From Acidobacteriota bacterium (GTDB lineage: Bacteria; Acidobacteriota; UBA6911; RPQK01; JAJDTT01), in assembly GCA_965263035.1 (NCBI GenBank), contig OZ253580.1:5472001-5536000 (forward strand): a stretch of DNA of 64,000 nucleotides, given 5' to 3'. Position 1 is the stretch's first letter; each line of letters begins with the position of its first letter. Shown piece after piece: positions 1 through 10,604 of the stretch. The position numbers were made by a program, and so were the translations under genes. The notes under the pieces are model-generated. The model did not search any database. It saw nothing but the letters and a program-made list of their open reading frames with translations, and was not told the DNA's origin.

Positions 1-261
1 ATCCTGTGCCGCGAGTTCGCCCGGGAGGGAAAGCTCCAGGTCGTCTGTCTCAGGCTGGGCTCGATCTTGTGGAGCCCCGAGCATTCCTCCTCCGACGGTG
101 TCACCGTCCAGGACACTGTCGCGGCAGTCGGACGATCACTCACGGCAGATTTGCCTGCGTATTCGGTGTTCCACATCCAGTCCAACGTGTCCGGACAGCG
201 CTACGGCACCGAACGGGCGCAACGGATTCTGGGATTCGAATCTTTCCGGAGGCGGGCGTGA
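1..261 (+). CDS. NAD-dependent epimerase/dehydratase, C-terminal part (5' end outside window)
   Basis: Frame 1 open from base 1: ILCREFAREGKLQVVCLRLG...ERAQRILGF; extended-SDR C-terminus; TGA overlaps the next GTG start. Confidence 0.6.
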   Translation: MLCREFAREGKLQVVCLRLGSILWSPEHSSSDGVTVQDTVAAVGRSLTADLPAYSVFHIQSNVSGQRYGTERAQRILGFESFRRRA

Positions 262-986
262 AGGTCCTGATTCTGGGTGCCGCCGGATACCTGGGGCCCC
301 ATGTGGTCCGGGCGTTGGAGGATCGGCACGAACTGAGGCTGACCGACATCAAGGAGTCCGGCGACGGGGGGCACGAGTACCGGCACGTCGACGTCGCCGA
401 CCTGGAGCAGGTGCTGGATGCCGCGCAGGGGATGGACACCATCATCAACCTGTCCGTGCTGCGGCATGACCGGCGCCTGGCTTTCGACGTCAACACCCGA
501 GGCGCCTACAATGCGTTGGTGGCGGCCTGCAGGCACGGGATGCAAAGGTTCATCCAGACCGGTCCCTTCTATGCAATTACGGGACCCGCCACCTGTGAAC
601 CCTATGACTTCGCCATGCATCCCGACGTCACGCCTCGGCCGGGAACCCATCTGTATGCCCTGACCAAAGGACTGGCCGAGGAGGTCTGCCGGATCTTCAC
701 TCGCAATCACGATCTCCATGTCACCTCCTTCCTCTTCTACCACTTCCGGGACACTCGGCCGCGTCCCGGCGACGAGCCCACGTTCGTCCCGTTCACCGTG
801 ACTTGGCAGGATGCGGCGGCTCTGTTTCCCCTGGCCTTGGACATTCCGTTGGAGCGATTGCCGTCCCGCTACGAGGCCTATTTCGTAGCGGCCGATTTTC
901 CCCACGGCCAGTTCTCCAATGAGAAGGTCAAACGAGTATTTGGTTGGCGGCCGACTTTTGGTTTCGAAAGCTTTTGGAAGCGTTGA
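258..986 (+). CDS. NAD-dependent epimerase/dehydratase (uronate dehydrogenase-like extended SDR)
   Basis: GTG start after GGAGG; KVLILGAAGYLG Rossmann motif; YALTK (YxxxK). Confidence 0.8.
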   Translation: MKVLILGAAGYLGPHVVRALEDRHELRLTDIKESGDGGHEYRHVDVADLEQVLDAAQGMDTIINLSVLRHDRRLAFDVNTRGAYNALVAACRHGMQRFIQTGPFYAITGPATCEPYDFAMHPDVTPRPGTHLYALTKGLAEEVCRIFTRNHDLHVTSFLFYHFRDTRPRPGDEPTFVPFTVTWQDAAALFPLALDIPLERLPSRYEAYFVAADFPHGQFSNEKVKRVFGWRPTFGFESFWKR

Positions 987-1068
987 CGTTCCCATACGAT
1001 GGAGGCTGGGAGGGAACATTGATGACGTGTCAGGACAGCCGGGCAGCTTCCGGACGGAGGGCATCTCC

Positions 1069-1854
1069 GTGACAGGCGAATTGCGTTCGGGACGACTTGC
1101 GGGGAAGCGGACGCTGGTCACCGGAGCCGCAGCCGGCCTCGGCAAGGCCATCGCCCACCGTTTCGCCGAGGAGGGGGCGCGGGTCGTCGTCGTCGATATC
1201 CGGGAGCAGGCTTCACACCAGGTCGTCGAATCGATTCGCCAACAGGGCGGGGAAGCTCATGCCGTGGTGGGTGACGTGGGATCATCGAGCCAGGTGGAGC
1301 GCATCGTCTCCGCGACCCACTCACTGCTGGAGGGCATCGACATCCTGGTCAACAACGCCGGAGTCATCCCTTCTCGCGAAACCGTGGTCGACACCCGGGA
1401 AGAAGATTGGGACAAGACCCTCCGCGTCAATGCCAAAGGCGTTTTTCTCATGAGCCGGGCCGTCATTCCGGGGATGATCCGGCAGGGTGGAGGCGCCATC
1501 GTCAACATGTCGTCGGTGGCAGGATTGGTCGGTCTTCCGATTCGACCGGCGTACGGAGCCTCGAAAGGAGCCGTATCCATCCTGACCCGGCAAATGGCCG
1601 TGGATTTCGGCAAGCACAACGTCCGGGTCAATGCCATCAATCCCTCCTTCGTGATCACCGACCTCAACCGGGAGATGTTTCGGCGTCTCAAGGAGGACGC
1701 GGCCGCGTGGACGGAAATGATTCAGCAGCACCCTCTGGGACGTCTGGGTGAACCGGGAGACGTGGCCGATGCCGCCGTCTACCTGGCTTCAGACGAGGCA
1801 CGTTGGGTCACGGGAGTCCTGCTCCCAGTGGACGGGGGATTCACCGCGCGCTGA
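1069..1854 (+). CDS. SDR family NAD(P)-dependent oxidoreductase (FabG-like)
   Basis: TGAAAGLG, NNAG, YGASK, VDGG motifs; GTG 1069 after GGAGG. Confidence 0.9.
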   Translation: MTGELRSGRLAGKRTLVTGAAAGLGKAIAHRFAEEGARVVVVDIREQASHQVVESIRQQGGEAHAVVGDVGSSSQVERIVSATHSLLEGIDILVNNAGVIPSRETVVDTREEDWDKTLRVNAKGVFLMSRAVIPGMIRQGGGAIVNMSSVAGLVGLPIRPAYGASKGAVSILTRQMAVDFGKHNVRVNAINPSFVITDLNREMFRRLKEDAAAWTEMIQQHPLGRLGEPGDVADAAVYLASDEARWVTGVLLPVDGGFTAR

Positions 1855-1860
1855 CCATAT

Positions 1861-2020
1861 CAGCCCGTGGCAAAAGTCGTCGCGGCATTCGACCGGGTCT
1901 GCATCGTGCGCGGACTGCGTTGCTCCTCGGTCACATACTCCCGGTATGCTCCCTCAGAGCGCCTGGTCCGGCGGGCGCAGCCCCGGTCTCGGTGCTACGC
2001 GGGACTTTCACCACGGACTG
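1861..2020 (+). mobile_element. 160-bp MITE, copy 1
   Basis: Ends CAGCCCGTGGCAAAAGTC / GACTTTCACCACGGACTG (imperfect 18-bp TIR); near-identical to 4533-4692 and 44534-44691. Confidence 0.85.
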
Positions 2021-2078
2021 ATAACCATTCAGGCGCTAGGAGTCTGCGCGGCAGGCTCCTCGGCCAGGAGAAACACGA

Positions 2079-3104
2079 ATGCAAGTCGTCGATGTCGAAA
2101 CCAAGCTGGAGACTTACCGGCGTGCCTGCCGGAGGGGCACCGATTGGATGTTGGACCGTTTCAATCCGGATGGATCCCTGGGAAACGTGACGGAACGAAA
2201 CTACTACTATCGCGTCCCCTGGGCATTGGCCCTCATGGGTGAGACCGAGGCGGCTCACCGGTTGCTGGACTGGGTCGATCGCAACCGGATCACGCCCGAC
2301 GGCGCCCTGGACGAGAGTGCCACCGTCGCAGGGCCGCAGCGCCGCTACGGCTCGTACCCTTTGGCATGTCTGATCTACGGCGCCAGCCTCCTGGGCCGGT
2401 TGGATCTGGTGCGGCGTTGCGTCGGTAGTCTACTGACCTGGCAGGACCCGGAGACCGGCGGCTTCTGCGCCAATGCGGAAGAGGGCGTCGAAGGGGAACA
2501 GGAGCTGTTCCCCACGGCCCAAGCCGCCATGACTCTCTCCCTGGTGGGCCGGATTCCCGAGGCGGTCCAGGCCGGTCGCTGGCTCCAGCGCCTCTGGGAA
2601 CTGCAGCCCGATCATGAGCACTGTCTTTACGCCGTATACAGGCGTTCCCAAGGACTGGTGCGCGACTACGATCCCGAGGAGGCAGCGTTCTACGTGACTC
2701 TCAAGGACGAGCCCTGGCAACACCACTTCAACGGCGGGATCGCCGCTGCGGGGCTGCTGCACATCCACGAGGCCACGGGGGAGGACCGTTGGCTCCGGCT
2801 GGCTCGCGAATACGAACGATTCTCCATGAGCACGGAAGACATCCAGTTTCGGTCGAAGCAGGTGTGCAAGTCGGGCTGGGGTTCCGGCCTGTTGTACGTC
2901 GCGACGCGGGAGGAATCGTATCGGGCCTGGACCCTGCGCATGGGAGACTGGTTCGTGGAGCACCAGTTCGACGAGGGCCATTGGGAGAACACCAAATTCT
3001 GGACTCCCAGCCCGACGCTGGGTGACAAGATCGTGATCACGGCCGAATTCGTCATGCATCTGGCCAACATCATCGCCTACCTCTCGGTCAGTCCCGAGCC
3101 GTGA
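2079..3104 (+). CDS. Hypothetical protein, probable (alpha/alpha) toroid fold (prenyltransferase/glycosidase-like)
   Basis: 341-aa ORF with AGGAG RBS; repeated helix + QxxDG-like motifs (WQDPETGG, HQFDEGHW). Confidence 0.6.
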   Translation: MQVVDVETKLETYRRACRRGTDWMLDRFNPDGSLGNVTERNYYYRVPWALALMGETEAAHRLLDWVDRNRITPDGALDESATVAGPQRRYGSYPLACLIYGASLLGRLDLVRRCVGSLLTWQDPETGGFCANAEEGVEGEQELFPTAQAAMTLSLVGRIPEAVQAGRWLQRLWELQPDHEHCLYAVYRRSQGLVRDYDPEEAAFYVTLKDEPWQHHFNGGIAAAGLLHIHEATGEDRWLRLAREYERFSMSTEDIQFRSKQVCKSGWGSGLLYVATREESYRAWTLRMGDWFVEHQFDEGHWENTKFWTPSPTLGDKIVITAEFVMHLANIIAYLSVSPEP

Positions 3105-3558
3105 CGGCGATTTTGCCTGATCCTTCCCCGTCGTCACCGATTCCGAAACTGGAACCCGTAGAGATCCGGATCGCGTAGACGATGCTGGTGTAGAAATCGA
3201 CCACCGGGACCTGGGAGCCTGCGCGGCAGAAATTGATCTACTGCGAAAGCGGTAGAATCGGTCCATATTTCCCCGATTTCTCGGCGAATAGAACGACTAT
3301 GCACCTCAAAATCGAGAAAATCCGGCCTCGATTCCCCGCTTTCTCGCTACGATCATTCCTACCGCGCAGACTCCTCGGTTTTGGAGATGGGGCCGGGGTG
3401 GTGCCGGTCCAGCCGGTCGGTGGACAGCGAGAGGGCCGAATCATCGACGCCGGGAAACAGATCGAGGCGGTGAGACTCGCTGCGGGCGTTGGTCCGGTGT
3501 TGCCCGGGCCCCGGAGCGGTCCGTCTCACATAGGCGGCGTACTTGCCGAACTCGTGGA

Positions 3559-4521
3559 TCAGTTCGACGACGTGGCGCTCAGAATGCGCCAGCGGCCATT
3601 CACGTCACAGGCCTCGTAGAAGAGCCGAAAGCGGCCATCGTCCAAGTCGATGACACACGGCTCGGAGGCGTGCGTCTGGTCCCAGGGACCGCCGATGTCG
3701 AGACAGGGCTCGGGATCCTTGGCCCAGTGCAGTCCGTCGCGGGAGACAGCCGTAAAAATTCGTCCGTGCATGGGATCGTGGGTCCAGGCGGCGTAATACA
3801 TTCGATAAGTGCCGCCGGCCAGATGGATCACTTCCGGCGCATACACGGCATAATCCTCGAAACGGGTCTCCTGGGGAATGCGGACTCCCGGTTCCAGTTC
3901 GAAATGAAGTCCATCTTTCGAGGTGGCGCTCACGATGTGGTTCTGCGACCCCAGACCCGGCTGCAGAGGATGAGAGTAATGGTGGCAATAGATCCGGTAC
4001 CGGAGTCCGCCGTTCGAATCCCGGAAATAGAGGCATCGAGGCGATCCATAGGACCACCGGCCGTCGGCGACTCGAATCCCCGGCTCCGGTTCCCAGTCGA
4101 GTCCGTTTTCCGAGACGGCGCTCAGGACACTGGTGGGACCCGCCGCCGCCCTGGCTTCATAGTACATTCGATACCGTCCGTCCGGCAGCGGGATGACGTC
4201 CGGACAGAGCACCCTGCGGTTCGCGTGAGGAGAGTGGACATCCAATCGAATCCCCGGATCCTTGACCCAGACCTCGGCGTCATCGGACCTGGCGCTCAGA
4301 ATGTAACCCTCGGACTCGACTACGGGACGGCCGAGTCCAAGTCCCGTGTAGTACATGCGGTAGCTTCCATCCGGAAACCGAATCACATTGGGGGTGAGAA
4401 TCTTGGTGGAATCCAAAGGCGTGTCCCGATCCACGGCGATGTGCGCATCCTTTACCCAGTTGCGCCCTGGATCACGCTCCGCAAAATGCACCGAACGAAT
4501 GATCTCGGAGATTTGGACCAT
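3559..4521 (-). CDS. Beta-propeller glycoside hydrolase-like protein (GH43/GH32/GH130 clan-like)
   Basis: Repeated blades PxVIxLPDGxYRMYY...SxDGLxWxxxPGIR; start moved to ATG 4521 because the upstream ORF extension is MITE sequence. Confidence 0.7.
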   Translation of the reverse strand: MVQISEIIRSVHFAERDPGRNWVKDAHIAVDRDTPLDSTKILTPNVIRFPDGSYRMYYTGLGLGRPVVESEGYILSARSDDAEVWVKDPGIRLDVHSPHANRRVLCPDVIPLPDGRYRMYYEARAAAGPTSVLSAVSENGLDWEPEPGIRVADGRWSYGSPRCLYFRDSNGGLRYRIYCHHYSHPLQPGLGSQNHIVSATSKDGLHFELEPGVRIPQETRFEDYAVYAPEVIHLAGGTYRMYYAAWTHDPMHGRIFTAVSRDGLHWAKDPEPCLDIGGPWDQTHASEPCVIDLDDGRFRLFYEACDVNGRWRILSATSSN

Positions 4522-4532
4522 ATGTGCCCTTG

Positions 4533-4692
4533 CAGTCCGTGGTGAAAGTCCCACGCAGCACCGAGACCGGGGCTGCGCCCGCCGGACAAGGCGCTCTGAG
4601 GGAGCATACCGGGAGTATGTGACCGAGGAGCAACGCAGTCCGCGCACGATGCAGACCCGGTCGAATGCCGTGACGATTTTTGCCACGGGCTG
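4533..4692 (-). mobile_element. 160-bp MITE, copy 2
   Basis: Reverse complement of copy 1 with few substitutions; flanks CTTG/TTTG. Confidence 0.85.
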
Positions 4693-4805
4693 TTTGGGCA
4701 AGTCGTATTCGACGGCACGCCGCGGCGTTCGTCACGAACGGACTCTTGGAGGCTACTGAAGCGTGAGCCGTTCTTCAAGCCGATTGCCGGCCGTGGGCAA
4801 CGGCG

Positions 4806-6095
4806 CTACCCTTGCGCGTGACGCCGCAGCCAGAAACGCCATAACCCGGCGGGAACCAGCGTCAGGACACACATCCCCGCCAGGATTTCCGACACCTTCA
4901 ACGGCGAGTCCAGAGCCAGGCCTGTCGCTGTCACGCCGAAAGTGGACAGCAGCGTGAAGATGGCGAACTCGGTGGCGAAGACTCGTCCCCGTACTTTTCC
5001 CGGGACGGATTGGAGCAGAAGCTGAGTGGAAAAGACCCAGATGATTCCGCCACCGACGCCTGCCCCGAGGCTACCCAGGAGCACGGTCTCCAGGTTGACG
5101 AGGAGAGACGAGATCCCCAGGCCCAGAGCACTCAGGAGATAGCCCGCGAACAGGGCCAGACGGAGCCGTTCAGGCCGGTCCGCGGTCCAGACCCGGGCGG
5201 CGATGGGGCCGATACCCGTTCCCAGGCCGGCAGCGGAGAAGAGCAACCCCAGGCTGATTCCGCCGGCTTTGCCCAAGGGAAACAGACTACGGCCGATGAC
5301 CACCTTGACGACCTGATATCCCGAGGAGAAGACCAGCGCCGTGACCCCCTTGTGAAGGGCCGTGACCAGAATCAGCCGGTTGTTCCGGAGGTAGGCGAGA
5401 CCCTCCAGGTACTGCACGACGGCGGTCTCGAACAGCCCCCGGCCGGAGGCAGACGCGGTTTCGGGTACCTTCCGGTACTGCACCCCCAAAAGGATGACGG
5501 CGGATACGATGAAACTGAAGGCATCGATGATGAAGGCGGGATAGATGCCCCAAGTCCCGGCAACGAGCCCTCCCAACGCTGCCCCGAACGCGAGCATCAC
5601 CGACCAGGTGGTCGCGTTGACGGCGTTGGCCGTTCCCAGTTCCCGGGAAGAGACGATGTCGGGGAGGATGGCGTTGCGAGCCGGGAAGAAGAAACCACCC
5701 AAGGCCAGCTGGATTGCCGTCAGTGTGTACAGCAGCCAGACGTCCTGTGGCTCCCGGACCAGCAGGAAGCCGCACACGGTGACGGCACGAAACAGGTCGC
5801 TCAGGATCAGAACGTGCTTACGATTGCATCGGTCGGCGACGACGCCGGCCAATGGGCTAATGAGAAAAGGGGCGAGCATTCGTACCGCAAACAAGCTCCC
5901 TACGGCGAATCCGGAGCCGGTGAGCTGTGCCAGAAGGGCAGCCGAGGCGATCAGATTGAACCAGTCGCCCAGCAGGCTCGCGATCTGCCCGAACCATAGA
6001 TACCGGAAACTGCCGTTTCCCCGAACCAGCTCCCAATAGCCGCTCGCCGACGTGGAATTGTTCGGCTCGGTCCGAGTCTTCAATCGGGCCGGCAT
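4806..6095 (-). CDS. MFS transporter (MFS_3/DHA3-like)
   Basis: About 12 hydrophobic segments; GVVADRCNRK motif A; FRYLWFGQIASLLGDW. Confidence 0.9.
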   Translation of the reverse strand: MPARLKTRTEPNNSTSASGYWELVRGNGSFRYLWFGQIASLLGDWFNLIASAALLAQLTGSGFAVGSLFAVRMLAPFLISPLAGVVADRCNRKHVLILSDLFRAVTVCGFLLVREPQDVWLLYTLTAIQLALGGFFFPARNAILPDIVSSRELGTANAVNATTWSVMLAFGAALGGLVAGTWGIYPAFIIDAFSFIVSAVILLGVQYRKVPETASASGRGLFETAVVQYLEGLAYLRNNRLILVTALHKGVTALVFSSGYQVVKVVIGRSLFPLGKAGGISLGLLFSAAGLGTGIGPIAARVWTADRPERLRLALFAGYLLSALGLGISSLLVNLETVLLGSLGAGVGGGIIWVFSTQLLLQSVPGKVRGRVFATEFAIFTLLSTFGVTATGLALDSPLKVSEILAGMCVLTLVPAGLWRFWLRRHAQG

Positions 6096-7306
6096 GGATC
6101 ACACTCGAACAATTCCCGACGGTCTCGTGCCAAACTCGCGCTAACGGAACGGGCGTCCTGTTCCGGAGGCCGGCTCCGGGTCCAACCCGCCCTGCGCATC
6201 TCATCCAGGATCCGTTCGGCGACATGGGCGTGCCCGGTGGGGCTGAAATGGCTGTCGGTGAGAAAGAAATCCTCGACCGGCATCGTACTGGCTTCGATGC
6301 TCCGCCGGACCGAGATCACGGTCGCTCCCAGACCCTCCAACACGCCTTCAACCCGGTTCGTTCCATATCGAGGATCCAATTCTTCAGGTTTCCCGCGCGA
6401 ATATTGGGACCAGAGTTTCGTCAGCGTCCATTTATAGGGGATAACCAAGCCGATGAGGGGGATCTCCCGCTGGTCGAGAAGCTTCTTCACGCGATTCAGA
6501 GTCTCTTCGGTATCTTCCCAGGCTCTCTGCAGCGGTGGAGACTGTCGTCCTTCGGGGAGAAGGGAAGCAAGAGCTCCGGTCACGGAGATTCCGGCCTGCC
6601 GCGCATGCTGCAGGAAATAGCGCTGAGTCGAGCGGGGTTCGCCGGGCCTTGTCTCCTGGATCCAGAGCGAGGCCCGAACCGCGCGTTCCTCCGCCAGTCC
6701 GAAGATCCGGAAACGGCCGCGCAATTCGGCTCTGACGGGATTCAGAAAAACCGGTTGCAGATCCGGAACGGTGGCGTTCAAGTAGGGACGGAAGAGGTCC
6801 TGCATGCTGCAGGTATGGGCAAGTTCAACGCTGTTGTTGCAGAGATCGTTGAACGGAAACACCTGGAGGACCACCACGTCCGGTCTCAGGTCCAGCCCGA
6901 GCGTCTGCAATGCGATCAATTGCTGGTTGGTGCCCCAGTCCCCGACGGCCAGGTTGATGACCTCCCAGGACTCGCCGTTCCGGCTGAGCCAGTCCGCGAG
7001 CCGTCCCGGGTACGTCTGTTCGTAGGCCACGTTTATCCCTGCCGAGAACGAATCTCCCAGGTTCACCAGCCGTCGAGTCCCCTCCGGCTTGATCCGGCTC
7101 ACCTGCGGGTAGCGGAAACCTCCGGAGTTGAGCCCGCCGACACGCCGGTGAACCGGGTCCAACCTCCAGCCCAGATCCGGGTCGAAGCGATACCAGGGAC
7201 TGGTGTTGGGATCATAGTCAGAGACCCGCAGTCCCAACTCGACGACCGTCATCACTAGCAGTGTGGACGCCAGACCCAACAGGAGCTTGATCATTGTGCT
7301 CTTCAT
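6080..7306 (-). CDS. SGNH/GDSL hydrolase family protein, membrane-anchored
   Basis: N-terminal TM; LGDSF, INLAVGDWGT, FPFND, DSHFSPTGH (SGNH blocks). Confidence 0.8.
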   Translation of the reverse strand: MKSTMIKLLLGLASTLLVMTVVELGLRVSDYDPNTSPWYRFDPDLGWRLDPVHRRVGGLNSGGFRYPQVSRIKPEGTRRLVNLGDSFSAGINVAYEQTYPGRLADWLSRNGESWEVINLAVGDWGTNQQLIALQTLGLDLRPDVVVLQVFPFNDLCNNSVELAHTCSMQDLFRPYLNATVPDLQPVFLNPVRAELRGRFRIFGLAEERAVRASLWIQETRPGEPRSTQRYFLQHARQAGISVTGALASLLPEGRQSPPLQRAWEDTEETLNRVKKLLDQREIPLIGLVIPYKWTLTKLWSQYSRGKPEELDPRYGTNRVEGVLEGLGATVISVRRSIEASTMPVEDFFLTDSHFSPTGHAHVAERILDEMRRAGWTRSRPPEQDARSVSASLARDRRELFECDPCRPD

Positions 7307-7336
7307 CGGAACAGGTATCCCGAGCAGACCCGCCGA

Positions 7337-10261
7337 TCAGAGCTCGCACTCCAGGATCACCTCAGTCAGGATCGGTGAGTTTCCACCGTCGGGAGAGACC
7401 AGCACCACCCGGTACTGGAGCCAGGAATGGCCTTCCGGAATCTGCTCCAGGGGATCTCCGGACGTCGAATAGAAAGAGCCGGAACCCTCGGGGCCCCTCC
7501 ACGGAGAAGTTTCCAGGCCGTCCTGCTCGGCAGCAGTGCGGACCTGGAACTCGAGTCCTGTCCCCAGCGGCGTCTGGCCAGACCAGAGCAGGCGCCGGAA
7601 ACGGGTTCCCGCAGGCGCCTCGACCGGGACGGAAATGAAGTCCCACTTCGGTTCCCGGGTATAGACGTTCCCGGCATCGACCATGGCGTCCAGATGGACC
7701 CCCACGGTCGGCAGATGGGATCGATCGGAAGCGTCAAAGCCCTCTTTCGAGCCCCAATAGATGTTCGTCCCTGCCGCATGATCGAAGAAGGTCTGATGGT
7801 TGGAGACCACCAGATCCACCCATCCGTCCCGGTCCAGATCCAGAGAGTCCACCGCCGATGAGGAGGCGGCCTTCACCAGGGTCCGCCGAGCCTTAGAGTA
7901 GTTCCGGCTCCCGTCCCCCCAATACACGAAGGCGGGAATCTCCCGCGTCGTGGCCGACTTGTAGTTGGTCAGCGCGATATCCAGATGCCCGTCCCTATTG
8001 AAATCGGCGATGGACGCGTCCAGGCTCGTGAAGCCCTCCAGCGGCGTGGGAGGAACGGCGGTGAGTCCGCCGGGGCTCCCCCAGTAGATGAGAGCCGGTC
8101 CGTCCATGTCCCGGTACCGGGGACTGGCACTGCTGGTGAAGAGCAGGTCGAGCCATCCGTCCCGGTCCAGGTCGGCAGGAACGGCATGGGCGGCGCCGTG
8201 GGCCTCCAGCAGGAGATGGTTCCCCGGTCCGTATCCATCGGGGCCACCCCAGACGATCTCCGACTGGTCCCCATAGCTCATTGGGAAGACCAGGTCCAAG
8301 TGACCATCCCGATTCAGATCGGCGATGGCGGAGGCCTCCAACAACTTGTCGTGAAGGTCCCATTGGGTCGTGCGGGGCGATTCGAACCGGCCCGCGTCAC
8401 CCCAGACGATCGTGGCCGCTTCGATGTCCTTGCGGCCGGAGCGGCCCGGGCCGGTAAAGAGGAGGTCCAGGTAACCGTCCCGGTTCAGATCGGCGATGGT
8501 GTTGCTGGTGGGGCGTTGGACCTTCAGCAGGTTGCGCCTGTCCACGCGATAACCCTCGGGTCCGCCCCACCAGATGGCCGGTCCCTCGCGATGAACCAGG
8601 AGCAGGTCGGGATAATCGTCATCGTCCAGATCGGCGATGCTGTACTCCATCATTCCGCCCGGCTTCAACAATGTCAGCGAGGAATCCCCGTATTGGCGCC
8701 GGGATTCGCCCCAGAAGATGGCCGTGGGAAGGATATCGGTGTCACTGCTCAAATGGTTGACCAGCAGGATGTCCGGCCAACCGTTCCCGTCCAGATCGGA
8801 GACGCCCGAACCGGCGACGCCGAAACCCAGGAGTTGGGTGCGCCGGTGCCGGGAGAATCCCCGGTCGCTTCCCCAGTAGACGAAGGAGGGCGCGTCGGCG
8901 GTGGATTGGCCCCGGCTGTTGCCGAACAGGAGATCGGGAAAGCCGTCAAGGTTCAGATCGGCCGCTTGAACCGTAGTCGCGGACAAAGTGGGGAGGAGCG
9001 TTCGTTTCCCGGGGCTGAATCCCTTTTCCGTACCCCAGAAAATCTCCGACGCCGGCGGCGATTCCCGGCGTCCTCCCTGGTTGGCGAAAACCAGATCGAT
9101 CCTGCCGTCGTGGTTGAGGTCCGCGCCGGCCAGCCCCTGGCAAGAATCTGCCGGGAGCTGGATCGAGTTCCGGGTGTCGAGACCTCCGGAAGATCCGAAA
9201 AACACGACCCCGTTGGAGCTGCCGGCGGCGACCAGGTCATGGGTGCCGTCTCCGTTCAGATCCGCAGCCAGGAGCGTGCTCATGCCGTCGGGTAGGCGCT
9301 TACCCTCCTTCACTCCTTCCTCCAGGTGGAGGTCCTCGCGTTCGAGGACCTGACGCCGCTCGGGCACGAAACGCCCCTCACCGTCTCCCCAATAGACGAA
9401 ACAGTTCTGGGTCTGGCTGTCGTGGTTGGCGAAGGCCAGGTCCAGGTTGCCGTCGCCGTTGAAATCCCCGACGGCTGCGTCCTGCGCGGTAATGCTGGGA
9501 ACCGAACTCCGCCGTCCCGGATGGAAGCCCGTGACGCTTCCCCAGTAAACGTATGATTCCAGATGCAAACGAAATCCCAGGGACTCGCCGAGCTCATCTC
9601 CCCGGTTGGCTACGACCAGATCGGGGAAGCCGTCCCTGTTCAGGTCGCCCGTCGCCACACCGCCCGCCCGGTACGCAGGCAATTGCGTGTGATTCCCGAG
9701 ACCGTATCCGGCCGGCCCTCCCCAGTAGATGTCCACGTCCTGGTCCGGCCGGTAGTTGTGCATGAAATTGGCAATAACGATGTCCGGGAACCCGTCCAGA
9801 TTCAGGTCCGAAATCAAGCCGCGGCCACCTCCCTGGGTGGGCAGCCGAGTGATGTGGGAGGCGGCATCGTCCAGATACTTCAAGATAGAGAAGGGGGCTC
9901 GGAGCTCCCACAAATCGGGCATCAGCGACCGGAAGCCCTCGGGTCCTCCCCAGTAGATGAGGGAGTCGGGATTGTAGACGCTGTTGTGGTCCTGCGTGAA
10001 TACCAGGTCCAACTCGCCATCCCGGTTCAGATCGAGCCGGTTGACGGTCTGAAGCCGTCCCCGTCGGGAGACGTAGGTGTTCGCTCCCGCGTCGCCCAGA
10101 TGCCCCTGTCTCAAGCTCTCGTAGCCACTGTGGCGAATCCGGTGGATTTTAGACTCGGAATGCAAGTTCGAGAAGACCGCCGCCGTCAGGGTCAGGGCCA
10201 TAAGAAATCCCAATGCTGGTGAAAAGTCTTTTCGGCAGTGGTGCAGCGGCCGCAATCCCAT
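7337..10261 (-). CDS. Large secreted FG-GAP/VCBS repeat protein
   Basis: Many DLNxDGxxDL...YWG repeats; signal-like N-terminus; ATG 10261 follows GGAGG. Confidence 0.85.
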   Translation of the reverse strand: MGLRPLHHCRKDFSPALGFLMALTLTAAVFSNLHSESKIHRIRHSGYESLRQGHLGDAGANTYVSRRGRLQTVNRLDLNRDGELDLVFTQDHNSVYNPDSLIYWGGPEGFRSLMPDLWELRAPFSILKYLDDAASHITRLPTQGGGRGLISDLNLDGFPDIVIANFMHNYRPDQDVDIYWGGPAGYGLGNHTQLPAYRAGGVATGDLNRDGFPDLVVANRGDELGESLGFRLHLESYVYWGSVTGFHPGRRSSVPSITAQDAAVGDFNGDGNLDLAFANHDSQTQNCFVYWGDGEGRFVPERRQVLEREDLHLEEGVKEGKRLPDGMSTLLAADLNGDGTHDLVAAGSSNGVVFFGSSGGLDTRNSIQLPADSCQGLAGADLNHDGRIDLVFANQGGRRESPPASEIFWGTEKGFSPGKRTLLPTLSATTVQAADLNLDGFPDLLFGNSRGQSTADAPSFVYWGSDRGFSRHRRTQLLGFGVAGSGVSDLDGNGWPDILLVNHLSSDTDILPTAIFWGESRRQYGDSSLTLLKPGGMMEYSIADLDDDDYPDLLLVHREGPAIWWGGPEGYRVDRRNLLKVQRPTSNTIADLNRDGYLDLLFTGPGRSGRKDIEAATIVWGDAGRFESPRTTQWDLHDKLLEASAIADLNRDGHLDLVFPMSYGDQSEIVWGGPDGYGPGNHLLLEAHGAAHAVPADLDRDGWLDLLFTSSASPRYRDMDGPALIYWGSPGGLTAVPPTPLEGFTSLDASIADFNRDGHLDIALTNYKSATTREIPAFVYWGDGSRNYSKARRTLVKAASSSAVDSLDLDRDGWVDLVVSNHQTFFDHAAGTNIYWGSKEGFDASDRSHLPTVGVHLDAMVDAGNVYTREPKWDFISVPVEAPAGTRFRRLLWSGQTPLGTGLEFQVRTAAEQDGLETSPWRGPEGSGSFYSTSGDPLEQIPEGHSWLQYRVVLVSPDGGNSPILTEVILECEL

Positions 10262-10563
10262 TGTCTTTCTCCCCCTCCGGAAGGTTCTGTGATAGCTCCG
10301 CACTTGTTTAACAGATCACGGGGGGTGGGGGAACGAAAACTGCGGATTATCAATAAAACAGACGACAGGGACGCCGCCGATGTGTGCCATTCTCGATGAC
10401 AATGGACACCGTCAACGCACCGTAGAGTAGAAACAGGACGAGCGGGACTCAGACTGGCTTGGACGAGGCAGATTTGCCTGGGGTGAATCAGCGTAAGATG
10501 GACCTAAGGGGAGCAAAACTGAATAACAGGGACGTGCAAGAAGCGAACCAGTGCAAGAGAGAC

Positions 10564-10587
10564 GGGGCCGGTCGGATGACCGGCCCC
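10564..10587 (-). terminator. GC-rich hairpin, probable terminator of the ankyrin/peptide operon
   Basis: GGGGCCGGTC-ggat-GACCGGCCCC perfect 10-bp stem 17 nt after the stop at 10605; weak U-tail. Confidence 0.55.
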
Positions 10588-10604
10588 TTGGGATGGGAAT
10601 CGAA

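Noticed and set aside
3105-3558. 450-bp gap between convergent genes as ncRNA or small gene
   Set aside because: No credible start/RBS, motif or recognisable RNA structure was seen
4522-4701. N-terminal extension of the propeller protein, and ORFs 1867-2190 and 43918-44685 with a similar peptide
   Set aside because: These are translations of the MITE
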